From: Opitutaceae bacterium
GTDB taxonomy: Bacteria > Verrucomicrobiota > Verrucomicrobiia > Opitutales > Opitutaceae
Direction of reading: 5' to 3'
Length of the DNA: 64,000 bases
Assembly: GCA_016794785.1 (NCBI GenBank)
Contig: JAEUHC010000007.1
Span: 43,710-107,709, forward strand
Translations under genes and position numbers: made by a program
The notes under the pieces: generated by a model
Database searches by the model: none
Seen by the model: the letters and a program-made list of their open reading frames with translations, nothing else
What the model was told of the DNA's origin: nothing
Shown: positions 10,974 through 19,803 of the stretch, in pieces
Layout: each line of letters opens with the position of its first letter
Position numbering within the stretch: the first letter of the stretch is position 1

Positions 10974-12782
10974 TTACCGGGCCGGGCGAGGCAGCAAGCG
11001 CGCGGCGTCGAGGGCCGTCTTGGCGCGGGCGTGGCCAGGCGCGATCCAGAGGGCGCGTTCGAGGAACACCTGGCCTTCGTCGGGCCGGCCGAGATTGCAA
11101 AGCAGCGTGCCGTAGTCAGTGAGAGCATCGGGATTCCAGCGCTCGACTTGGGCGCGGGCCTCGTAATGCGCGCGGGCCTCCTCGTGGCGCTGCTGGGCGA
11201 GGCGAATCTGGCCAAGCTCCAGCTGCGCGCCCGGCAGGCGGGGGTCGAGTTGAAGGGCGCGCTCGAAGTGGCGCTCGGCCTCGTCGCGCTGGCCGGTGCG
11301 CAGCGCAATCGCGCCGAGGTTGAGGTGCAGGCTGGCGTTCCTGGGCTCAAGGCGGACGGTCTCGGCAATCAGGCGGCGGGCTTCGTCGATCTGTCCGCTG
11401 CCCAGCGCGATCACCGCGAGCTGGGTGAGGGCGTTGACGTAGTCTGGCCGATGCCGGAGTGCGGCCTGAAACTGGGCGACGACCTCGGCTGGCGGTCGGC
11501 CCGCGGCTTGCAACGCGAGGGCCAGCAGGTAGCGCGTGGCGGGATTGTCTTCGCCCACGGCAAGGCTGTGGGTGTGCAACGCGATGCTGTTGCGCCACAC
11601 GGGGACTTGGCGCGTGGTCGCAAAACCAAAACCGATCAGAAGCGCTGCGGTCGCCGCCATGAGAGCCACCCGGACCGCGGGGCGGGATGCAGCCACTCCT
11701 GCGAACGGCCACACTATCGCCGTGAAGAGCCCCAGGATAGGAAGATACATGTAGCGATCGGCCATCGCTTGCGCGCCCACCTGCACGATCCCGATGACGG
11801 GCACGAGTGTGCCGAGAAAGAACAACCAACCCCACAACACCGCCGGCTGGGAGCGCCGCAGGCGCCACGCGATCGCCGTGACGAGGATCAGCAGCGCTGC
11901 TGCGCCCACGATGGCGGCGATCGGCCAGAGGCCGGGGTGGAAATACATCGGCGCGAGCGACTCCGGCCAGAGGGTCTTGCCCACATAGCGGGCGTAGGAC
12001 ACGACGGCGTTGGCCAGGCGCACGTCGAGGGAGAAACGCTCGCCAAACTGCGCGGCGCCGGTGCCGATCTGCGCCCACCAAGTGAGCACGCTGTGCCCCA
12101 CGACCAAGGCAAGGAGCGGCAGCTTCTCGATGACGAGCGCGCGCCAGGATTTCCCCGGCCAGCGGCGCAATGGCCAGAAGTCCAGCAGCAGAAGAGTGCA
12201 AGGGAAGGTGACCGCCATCGGCTTTGACAGCAGCGCCAGCACGAGCGCCGCGGCGACGAACAGATAGCGCATCACTGACGGCTGGCGCGTGTGCCGCACA
12301 TAGGCCCAGAAGCCAAGCAGCCAGAAAAACGCGCACAGCACATCCTTCCGCTCAGAGATCCAAGCGACCGATTCGACGTGGAGCGGATGCACCGCGAACA
12401 ATGTGGCGACAATCGCCGAACGCCACAGCGCGTGGGTGAGCGCCCGCCACACCAGGAAGACCAACAGTGCGTTCAGGGCATGCCAGCCGAGGTTGACCCA
12501 GTGCATCGGTGCCGGCGTCAAGCCGAACAATTCGCAGTCGAGTTGGTGCGAGAGCGTGGTGAGCGGATGCCAGTTGCTGCTGTGCACACCGGTGAAGGCC
12601 CAGGCAATTCCGGCCGAGCGCAGGCCTTGGTTAACCAGCGGCTGGTGCTCCACGTAGGCGTCGTCGTCGAGGTTGACGAAGCCGCATGCACCGACGCCCC
12701 AAAACGCCAGCACCGTCGCAGCGAGGAGAAATGCGCCGATTAGCGGCACGCGGAGGTCAAGGGTGGGCTTCCGGCGAATCAT
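10974..12782 (-). CDS. TMTC-like GT-C membrane protein with C-terminal TPR repeats
   Basis: NLDDDAYV, WHPLT, HPLHVESVAWISERKD, ADRYMYLP, followed by TPR repeats. Confidence 0.8.
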   Translation of the reverse strand: MIRRKPTLDLRVPLIGAFLLAATVLAFWGVGACGFVNLDDDAYVEHQPLVNQGLRSAGIAWAFTGVHSSNWHPLTTLSHQLDCELFGLTPAPMHWVNLGWHALNALLVFLVWRALTHALWRSAIVATLFAVHPLHVESVAWISERKDVLCAFFWLLGFWAYVRHTRQPSVMRYLFVAAALVLALLSKPMAVTFPCTLLLLDFWPLRRWPGKSWRALVIEKLPLLALVVGHSVLTWWAQIGTGAAQFGERFSLDVRLANAVVSYARYVGKTLWPESLAPMYFHPGLWPIAAIVGAAALLILVTAIAWRLRRSQPAVLWGWLFFLGTLVPVIGIVQVGAQAMADRYMYLPILGLFTAIVWPFAGVAASRPAVRVALMAATAALLIGFGFATTRQVPVWRNSIALHTHSLAVGEDNPATRYLLALALQAAGRPPAEVVAQFQAALRHRPDYVNALTQLAVIALGSGQIDEARRLIAETVRLEPRNASLHLNLGAIALRTGQRDEAERHFERALQLDPRLPGAQLELGQIRLAQQRHEEARAHYEARAQVERWNPDALTDYGTLLCNLGRPDEGQVFLERALWIAPGHARAKTALDAARLLPRPAR

Positions 12783-12886
12783 TTGCAGGCAAAGCGCAAA
12801 CGTTAGGCGTGTGGCGGCGCGAGCCTGAAAAAATGCGGTTAATCTCATTTGCACCGCGCGCTTCAATCCCTTCACTCCTCTGCATC

Positions 12887-13183
12887 ATGGTGCCCAGTTC
12901 GAAGACGCTTCCCCGGGACGAAACCGCGACCGAACTTGAGTTCGCCGGACCGTGGCGCGTGGTCGTGCTCAATGATCCGGTGAACCTGATGTCCTACGTG
13001 GTGCTCGTGTTTCGCAAGGTGCTCGGGCTCGACGAGCCGGTCGCCCGCCAGCGCATGCTCGAAGTCCATGAGCAGGGCCGCTCGATCGTGTGGACGGGCC
13101 TGCGCGAGAAGGCCGAGGCCTATGCGTTCACGCTCCAGCAATGGCACCTCAACACCGTCCTCGAACCCGATGAAACGCATTGA
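12887..13183 (+). CDS. clpS: ATP-dependent Clp protease adaptor ClpS
   Basis: WRVVVLNDPVNLMSYV...MLEVHEQGRS. Confidence 0.9.
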   Translation: MVPSSKTLPRDETATELEFAGPWRVVVLNDPVNLMSYVVLVFRKVLGLDEPVARQRMLEVHEQGRSIVWTGLREKAEAYAFTLQQWHLNTVLEPDETH

Positions 13184-13631
13184 GGTCAAGCTCGCGCTCC
13201 CGGTCGTCGCGCCGCTGCTCGATGTGATCAAGGAGATGTCCGACGGCCTGCGCACGACGCTTGCCGTGCCCTTCGCGATGAAGGAGCTCGATCCGGATTT
13301 CCAAGCCGCGTGGGTCGACGAGTTGATCGGCCATCAGACCGCCGATGTGCAGCGCCTCCTCGGGCTGTTCGACGGCGATTTTTTCTCCGAAGGCGTTATC
13401 GCCTTCGACGAGGACAATGCCGAGGTGATCGTGCGTGCGTGCGCGGCGGTGCGGCTCCAGCTCCGTGAGCGTTATTTGAAATCTTTGCCCGACGAGACCC
13501 TCGAAGGCGGCGAGGTGGAGCTCACGAATCTCCCGGAAGCGCTGCGCCGCGCCTTCATGTGCTACCTGTTTCTCGCGACGCTCCAGGAATTGATCATCCA
13601 GCACCTGCAGGAGAGCATGCTCGGCGCCTGA
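13170..13631 (+). CDS. DUF2017-like protein
   Basis: Overlaps clpS, the usual neighbour of this family; acidic helical protein with VRLQL...YLFLATLQELII. Confidence 0.6.
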   Translation: MKRIEVKLALPVVAPLLDVIKEMSDGLRTTLAVPFAMKELDPDFQAAWVDELIGHQTADVQRLLGLFDGDFFSEGVIAFDEDNAEVIVRACAAVRLQLRERYLKSLPDETLEGGEVELTNLPEALRRAFMCYLFLATLQELIIQHLQESMLGA

Positions 13632-13666
13632 GACGCGGAATTTTTTCGACGGAGTGGGATTCGCGT

Positions 13667-13694
13667 TTGACGGAGGCGATGGTCGACCTACGTT
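13667..13694 (+). promoter_or_regulatory. Putative sigma70 promoter of the 6S RNA
   Basis: TTGACG-N16-TACGTT ending 6 nt before the RNA 5' stem. Confidence 0.5.
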
Positions 13695-13700
13695 CGATGC

Positions 13701-13881
13701 GACACCCTGCAGTGTTCGAGGTGCTTTCAATAACTGCTCTTTGCCTTAGAATTATTACGGGAGCTGAAACCGCCGTGGAATATGCTAGGCCGTCCATCGG
13801 AAAGCAGACGCTGCGGAGGAGGCGCCCACTTTAACCTAAAAAGGTCCTGAGCCTTTGGGCATACGGCACAAGCGGGGTGTC
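13701..13881 (+). ncRNA. ssrS: 6S RNA
   Basis: 181 nt; closing stem GACACCCTGC/GCGGGGTGTC; CCCTGCAGTGTTCG...GGGAGC...CCCAC...ACGGCAC pattern; lower GC and no credible ORF. Confidence 0.78.
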
Positions 13882-13968
13882 ACTATTTTTTCTGGCTGTG
13901 GAAGCGGGCTTGTCGCTCCCACAATTTGATTCGACGGATGACGGGTGGGAAGTTCAGCTCGCTGCTCC

Positions 13969-14307
13969 ATGAGCCCGCTTTTCTATCAAGTCCTCCACGT
14001 CATCTCGGTCCTCGTGCTGACCGGCTTCACGTTCTACGCGTTTGCCGCGCCGGCCGAGACGCGCAAACGCGTGATGATAATCACCGGTATCGCGAGCCTG
14101 TTCGTGCTCGTCGGCGGCTTCGGGCTGCTGGCCAAGTTTAAGTTCGGCTGGCCCGGCTGGGTCTTCGTGAAGGTCGCGTGCTGGCTGGTGCTCTCCGCAC
14201 TTGCGGGCCTTGGCTATCGCAAGCGGGAGTCGGCGGGCGCGCTGTGCGGCATCGCGACCCTGGCGGTCATCGTCGCGGTGGTGATGGTTTACCTGAAGCC
14301 GTTCTAA
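13969..14307 (+). CDS. Small 4-TM membrane protein (SirB/DUF2269-like)
   Basis: LHVISV...GFGLL...WVFVK...YLKPF. Confidence 0.7.
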   Translation: MSPLFYQVLHVISVLVLTGFTFYAFAAPAETRKRVMIITGIASLFVLVGGFGLLAKFKFGWPGWVFVKVACWLVLSALAGLGYRKRESAGALCGIATLAVIVAVVMVYLKPF

Positions 14308-14322
14308 ACGGCCGCGACCTTC

Positions 14323-16500
14323 ATGGCCGGTTCGCTCTGCGGCGTGTGGGTGGATGACGCCGGGCGCGTCCACACCACTCTCGACACCGCGGAAGGCGGG
14401 CGTGAGACGCGCATCGCGATGCTGCGGCCGTTTGCCTGGCTTGGGACGGAACCGGCGGCCGCGACGGCGGGCGTGGCTGTGGAGGCTTTGCGCGGCGAGG
14501 GGCCCTTTCGGCATCTGGCCCACGCGGAGAACACCGACACCCTGGATGCGTTCGTGCGGGCCGCGCGCGACGGCGGCGTCGATGTGCTGCGTCCGATCGA
14601 GAGCCAGTTTCTGCTGCAACAGCGCGAGCGGCTCTACCGCGAGATGATGTTCGGCCAGCTTCGCCGCTGTCAGTTCGACATCGAGGTGGCGTCTGCCGAC
14701 GGCAGTTTCCCCGATGCCGCGCGGCCGGACGATCGCGTGCTTGCGATCGGGCTGCGCTGCGGCGGCGGCAACCGCCTTCTTTTGCTGGAGGAGCCGACGG
14801 ACGCGGCGGAAAAGAAACTCCTCCTGGCTTTCAACGCCACGCTCGCGGAGATCGATCCCGATGTGATCGAGGGGCATAATCTCTTCAAGTTCGACCTCGA
14901 TTACCTGCGGCAGCGCGCGAAACGCCACAAGGTGCCCTGCGCGTGGGGCCGCTACGGGCAGAACGCCGCGTTTCGCAGCAGCAAGCTCAAGGTCGCCGAA
15001 CGCTGGATCGATTTCACGCGCTGCGATCTGCCGGGCCGCGCGATCGTGGACACCTACCTGCTCGTGCAGCTGCACGACATCACGACGCGTGAGATGACCT
15101 CCTACGGACTGAAGGAGGCCGCGATCTACTTCGGCATCACCGACGACGACAGCGAGCGCACCTACATCGAGGGCGCGCAGATCCAGCACGTGTTTGCCGC
15201 GGACCGCGCGCGGTTCTGCGCCTACCTTGAGGACGACCTGCGCGAGACGCAGGGCCTCGCCGATCAATTGCTGCCGACGTATTTCGAGCAGGCGCGCACG
15301 TTTCCCACGACGCTACAGGAAGCCACGCTCCGCGGCGCGACCTCGAAGATCGATCTGCTTTTTCTGGAGGAATACTACCACGCGCGGCAGGCAGTGCCTT
15401 CGCCGCCGGAGGTGAAGCCCTTCGAGGGTGGCTACACGCGCAGTTTTCAGGAAGGCGTGTTTCGCCACGTGCTGCACTTCGACGTGGCCTCGCTTTATCC
15501 GAGCCTGCTGCTGCACATCGGCCGCAACCCGCGCAACGACACGCTCGGCGTCTTCATCCCGCTGCTGCGCCGCCTCCGGGAGTATCGCCTGAAATACAAG
15601 CAGCTCGCAAAAACGGGCGCGACCATCGAGGAGCGCGCCGAGGCGCAGGCGCGGCAGACGAGCTTCAAGATCCTCATCAACTCATTCTACGGCTACCTCG
15701 GCTTCTCCGGCGCGCGCTTCGGCGACGGCGAGCTCGCGGCGGAAGTCACGCGTCGCGGCCGCGAGCTGTTGCAGGCGCTGATCGACGAGTTTGCGAAGCA
15801 CGGCGCTACCATCCTCGAGGCGGACACCGACGGCATCTACCTTTCCTCCGAAAAGTATCACGACCAGCCTGAGGCGCTGCTCGCGCTCGTCGCGCCGATT
15901 TTGCCCGAGGGCATCGAGCTCGAGTTCGACGGCCGCTACGCCGCGATGTTCTGCTACAAGGCCAAGAACTACGCGCTCTACGATGGGAAGAAAATCACGC
16001 TGCGCGGCAGCGCGCTGCGCTCGCGTGGCATCGAGCCCTTCCTGAAAAAACTCTCAGGCCAGCTGATTCGTTACCTCCTCGGCGCCTCGCCAGAATCGCC
16101 GCTCGTCGCCTTGGAGGATTATCGCCGGGAGATCGCCGCACGCACGCTGCCGGTCGCCGAGCTGGCGAAGAGCGAAATCCTCAACCAGGCCCCCGAGGCC
16201 TACGAGCGCCTGATCGCCGAGGGCGGCAAGCCGCGGCGCGCCTCGGCCGAGGTGGCGCTCCAGCTCAACCCCCGCCCGCGCATGGGCGAACGCGTGAGCT
16301 ATTACATCACCGCCAAGGCCAAGGGCAAAACGAGCGACTGGCAGCGGGCCCGCCCGCTCGCGCTCCACGATCCGATCACGGCGCCCTACGATGCGGATTA
16401 CTACACGGGCAAGCTCGACGACTGGCTGGAGCGCTACGCGACCTTCCTCGGCATCCAGCCGCTGCCGCCGACGAGCGAGCAGGGCGAGCTGGGATTTTGA
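14323..16500 (+). CDS. polB: Family B DNA polymerase with 3'-5' exonuclease
   Basis: ExoI FDIE, ExoII GHNLFKFDLDYL, ExoIII YLEDD; Pol motifs DVASLYPS, KILINSFYG, EADTDG, KNY. Confidence 0.9.
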   Translation: MAGSLCGVWVDDAGRVHTTLDTAEGGRETRIAMLRPFAWLGTEPAAATAGVAVEALRGEGPFRHLAHAENTDTLDAFVRAARDGGVDVLRPIESQFLLQQRERLYREMMFGQLRRCQFDIEVASADGSFPDAARPDDRVLAIGLRCGGGNRLLLLEEPTDAAEKKLLLAFNATLAEIDPDVIEGHNLFKFDLDYLRQRAKRHKVPCAWGRYGQNAAFRSSKLKVAERWIDFTRCDLPGRAIVDTYLLVQLHDITTREMTSYGLKEAAIYFGITDDDSERTYIEGAQIQHVFAADRARFCAYLEDDLRETQGLADQLLPTYFEQARTFPTTLQEATLRGATSKIDLLFLEEYYHARQAVPSPPEVKPFEGGYTRSFQEGVFRHVLHFDVASLYPSLLLHIGRNPRNDTLGVFIPLLRRLREYRLKYKQLAKTGATIEERAEAQARQTSFKILINSFYGYLGFSGARFGDGELAAEVTRRGRELLQALIDEFAKHGATILEADTDGIYLSSEKYHDQPEALLALVAPILPEGIELEFDGRYAAMFCYKAKNYALYDGKKITLRGSALRSRGIEPFLKKLSGQLIRYLLGASPESPLVALEDYRREIAARTLPVAELAKSEILNQAPEAYERLIAEGGKPRRASAEVALQLNPRPRMGERVSYYITAKAKGKTSDWQRARPLALHDPITAPYDADYYTGKLDDWLERYATFLGIQPLPPTSEQGELGF

Positions 16501-16531
16501 AAAAGCACGCTCCGCTAATGCGGGCCCGGGC

Positions 16532-18856
16532 TCACGGCACCTCGTAGACTTCGACCAGCGCTAGGCCGGTGCCGCCCACGCCGGCCACCTGCACGCTGTA
16601 GTTGCCGGCGGAGAGCGTCACGAGCAGCGCGGCGTCCTTGGAGGCGGCGGGGAGTGCAAAGGCCCCGACTTGGTTGAAGGCGGCGCTCAATTCGGCGGTG
16701 CCGCCCCAGTCGTTGCTCTCGCCGATTTTGGTGGAGCCGGCAAAGAGCGAGAGCTGCGGATCGGCGACAGTTCCGCCCAAGCCGAACGCCGCGAGCCCGG
16801 GGCCGACGGCCCGGATCAACAGCTTCACGGGCGTGGTGCCGCCCACGACGAAGCCGGCGGACAAGCCGGTGCCGAGCTGCTTCATCACGGAGAGATTGAC
16901 GAGGCGCGGGGTCGTCGCGGTGAAGTGCGCATCCGGCGTCGCGTCGTAGAGCTCGGCGATGACTGCGCCTCCGCCCGTGCCGCTGACTTTCACGGAGTTG
17001 TCGCGGGAGGTGATCGTGGCGACCGCGGCGGCATCGCGGGAGGCGGCGTTGACGTAGGCGAAGGCGCCGACGGCCGTCATCGCGTTGGCGAGCGCGGGCA
17101 CGCCGCCCCAGTTGTCGTTTTCTCCCGTCTTGGTGGCGCCGGCAAAAAGCTCGAGCTTCGGATCGACGAGGGTGCCGGGAACGCCCAGTGCGCCCAGCGA
17201 AGGGCCGGCCGCACGCACAAGCAGCGGTTTGGCGCCCACGGTGCCCGCTCCGCCGACGACGTAGCCCATCGTCATGGAGTCGGCGCTGTCCGCGAGGCCG
17301 GTGAGGATGGAGAGGTTCACGAGACGGCCGCTGCTGACGGCGGGGCCGACCGAGAGCGTGGCCGGATCGCTGGCGGTGGAGCCGGCGGTGTTTGTCACGA
17401 CCAGGTGGTAATTGCCGGCGCTGGCGGCGGTGACGCTGGGCACGGTGAGCGTCGCGCCAGTGGCACCGGTGAGCGGGACGCCATCCTTGTGCCACTGGTA
17501 GGTGGGCGAGGTAACGCTCGTGATGCCGGAAGCAAACGTGGCGGTCGCGCCGGCGCTGACGTTGCGGGAGGCAAGGCCGGCGATTGCAGGCCGAGCCGTG
17601 ACGAACAAATCACCAGCGGACGGAGGCACCCAGGCGGCGACGATGGGAGACAAGGTGTCGCTTATGGTTTGAAACATGGTTTCGAGGGCCTGAATGCGCG
17701 TGTTGAAGGTGATGGCATAGCTCACCCCGCTGGCCATTCGGGTCATGAAAGCTCGGGCGCCGGGCAGCGATCCGTTGTGGCGCCATGTGGCGCGCGCGCC
17801 GACGCCGTTTCCTATATTCCGCACATCGACCCCCATGGCATAGTAGAACTGGCCCACAACGGTTGAAACAGGCGCCGGGGGCGGAGAAGTCCAGAGCTCG
17901 ACGGACGCGGGAGTCAGGATCGTGGCCGGACCGGGTTTCGTTCCGTCCAGCGCGCAGAGCAAACGCACGTAGTCCACCGCGGACATGACCCAGCCACCCG
18001 TGGCGATGATATTCTCCAGGCTCACCTGCCCATAGGGGGCCGACACCCGATTCGTGAGCGGAGGGAAGATGGAAGGGACGAGCGGTGCATCCGCATAGTC
18101 GTAGTAACGGACCTCACCCGGCAGACGATCCGCGAGGAGCGAGCCACCGGCGAACGCCCGCGTGATGCCCGCCTTGGCAAAGATCTGGGTCCGCACGTAG
18201 GCGGCGTAGTTCTGTCCCGTGACCTTCTCGATCAATCGGCCCAGAATCATGTAGCCGATGTTGGCGTAGGCGTAGCGCGCACCGGGGGCGAAATCGAGTC
18301 GCCGGCCGAGATGAAAACGGATGATGCTGTCGATGTCCGCGGGCGGTGCCATGCCCGCAGCCGTCGCAATCACCGTCGTCTGGTGGGTTTGATCGGGAGT
18401 AATGGCGCTATCCCACCCTCCGGTGTGATGCAGGAGATGGCGCACGGTGATGTCCTGCAGGCGAGCGTCGAGGTTGGTCGCGCCCGGCAACGGCGTAAGC
18501 CCGAGGATCGGAAACACCTTTTGGTCGAGGGTGAGCCTGCCCTGCTCGACGAGCGTGAGAATCGCCAGCGCAGTGATCGGCTTGGAATTGCTCGCGATTC
18601 TGAACAGCGAATCGGGCTGAACCGGCGCACCGGACTCCCGGTCGGCAAGTCCGTAGCCGCGTGCCATCATAAGCCGGCCATTGAGTGAGAGGGCGAACTG
18701 GGCGCCGGGGCTGTTGAAACGCATCATCAAGTCGAGCACCGCGGCATCGAAGCGCTCCGTGCCCGGCAGCGCGGGTCCGGTGATGCTGGGCGTCTGGGCA
18801 TGCAGGCCGAGGGAAGCGAGAAACAGCGTAAGAAGGAGGCGCGGATGGGAGGGCAT
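16532..18856 (-). CDS. Secreted serine hydrolase (beta-lactamase/PBP family) + Ig-like domain + duplicated C-terminal domain
   Basis: Signal peptide, FRIASNSK (SxxK), YAN, HNG; Ig domain YQWHKDG...GNYHLVVTN; two RLVNLS...ELYD/EVYE repeats. Confidence 0.85.
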   Translation of the reverse strand: MPSHPRLLLTLFLASLGLHAQTPSITGPALPGTERFDAAVLDLMMRFNSPGAQFALSLNGRLMMARGYGLADRESGAPVQPDSLFRIASNSKPITALAILTLVEQGRLTLDQKVFPILGLTPLPGATNLDARLQDITVRHLLHHTGGWDSAITPDQTHQTTVIATAAGMAPPADIDSIIRFHLGRRLDFAPGARYAYANIGYMILGRLIEKVTGQNYAAYVRTQIFAKAGITRAFAGGSLLADRLPGEVRYYDYADAPLVPSIFPPLTNRVSAPYGQVSLENIIATGGWVMSAVDYVRLLCALDGTKPGPATILTPASVELWTSPPPAPVSTVVGQFYYAMGVDVRNIGNGVGARATWRHNGSLPGARAFMTRMASGVSYAITFNTRIQALETMFQTISDTLSPIVAAWVPPSAGDLFVTARPAIAGLASRNVSAGATATFASGITSVTSPTYQWHKDGVPLTGATGATLTVPSVTAASAGNYHLVVTNTAGSTASDPATLSVGPAVSSGRLVNLSILTGLADSADSMTMGYVVGGAGTVGAKPLLVRAAGPSLGALGVPGTLVDPKLELFAGATKTGENDNWGGVPALANAMTAVGAFAYVNAASRDAAAVATITSRDNSVKVSGTGGGAVIAELYDATPDAHFTATTPRLVNLSVMKQLGTGLSAGFVVGGTTPVKLLIRAVGPGLAAFGLGGTVADPQLSLFAGSTKIGESNDWGGTAELSAAFNQVGAFALPAASKDAALLVTLSAGNYSVQVAGVGGTGLALVEVYEVP

Positions 18857-18880
18857 GTGTGGCAGGGGCTCAACGATCTT

Positions 18881-18905
18881 TTCCCCATTCCCGCGCCGGA
18901 GTTTC
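18881..18905 (-). promoter_or_regulatory. Candidate ECF-sigma promoter of the hydrolase gene
   Basis: GAAACTC-N13-GGGAA, same elements and spacing as the site at 19724-19748. Confidence 0.5.
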
Positions 18906-18985
18906 GGGAATTATTCCCGCCGTCGCGTCCGTCCGGGCCTGATTTTGCCTCGCGTCGCTGCGCGAGACTGCGATTTCGTCGCCGC

Positions 18986-19759
18986 GTGCAATTTCCGACG
19001 ACGCGCTGGGACGAGCTCGCACACGCCACACTCCACGGCGACGATGCTGCCCGCCGGGCCTTGGATGAATTTTGCCGCCGCTACTGGACGCCCGTGAATG
19101 CTTTTATCCGGCGGAAAGGCTACGCGGAGGCGGAGGCTGATGATCTCACGCAGGACTTTTTCCTGAACTTCATCGCAACGCGCTCGTGGCGGCGCGCCGA
19201 CCCGGTCCGGGGCAGGTTTCGCACTTTCCTGCTCGGGGCGCTCGCGCATCGCCTGGCCAAGGCGTATCTGCACCAAACGCGACTCAAGCGTGGCGGCGAT
19301 TCACCGCCGATCAGCCTGGAACAGGCCGCCGCGGGTGAATGGGACGGGACGGCCTTGCCCGCGGTGCCGCCGGCCGAAACCGCTCACTTCGATCGGGAAT
19401 GGGCGATGCGGGTGCTGGCCGCCGCACTGGCGGAGACGCGCGCCGACTACGTGGCCAAGGGGAAGGAGCAGCTCTACGAAAAGCTGAAGGTCTTTCTCAC
19501 CCTGCGCCACACGCCGCCCTCGTATGAGACTACAGCCGGCGAACTCGGCTTGGCGCTCGGTGCGGTCAAGACGGAGATCCACCGGCTGCGGCAGGCTTTG
19601 CGAGCGGCCCTGCGCGCCGAGATCAGCCGAACGGTCTCCGCGCCGCACGAAATCGAAGAGGAGCTGCGGCACCTGCGCAATGTGCTGGCGACCCCCGAGG
19701 CGCGCGATTTTGAACCGGCGGGTGAAACTCAGGGCGGCACTGAGGGAAGAAAGGGCTGA
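18986..19759 (+). CDS. ECF RNA polymerase sigma factor (kinase-associated type)
   Basis: FPTTRW, YWTPV, AEADDLTQDFF, GRFRTFL, FDREWA, VKTEIHRLR; directly upstream of a Ser/Thr kinase; GTG start inferred. Confidence 0.88.
   Translation: MQFPTTRWDELAHATLHGDDAARRALDEFCRRYWTPVNAFIRRKGYAEAEADDLTQDFFLNFIATRSWRRADPVRGRFRTFLLGALAHRLAKAYLHQTRLKRGGDSPPISLEQAAAGEWDGTALPAVPPAETAHFDREWAMRVLAAALAETRADYVAKGKEQLYEKLKVFLTLRHTPPSYETTAGELGLALGAVKTEIHRLRQALRAALRAEISRTVSAPHEIEEELRHLRNVLATPEARDFEPAGETQGGTEGRKG
19724..19748 (+). promoter_or_regulatory. Candidate ECF-sigma promoter of the kinase gene
   Basis: GAAACTC-N13-GGGAA about 55 nt upstream of the kinase start. Confidence 0.5.
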
Positions 19760-19803
19760 CGGCCCCGCCGCGCTTTCATCCGCTGTTACCACCGCTCTAA
19801 TCC

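Noticed and set aside
13559-13834. Small ORFs over the 13.6-13.9 kb spacer
   Set aside because: Better explained by the 6S-like RNA; no coding signature
14323-16500. Casposon, pipolin or prophage polymerase
   Set aside because: No Cas1, integrase, terminal repeats or phage genes; host-like composition
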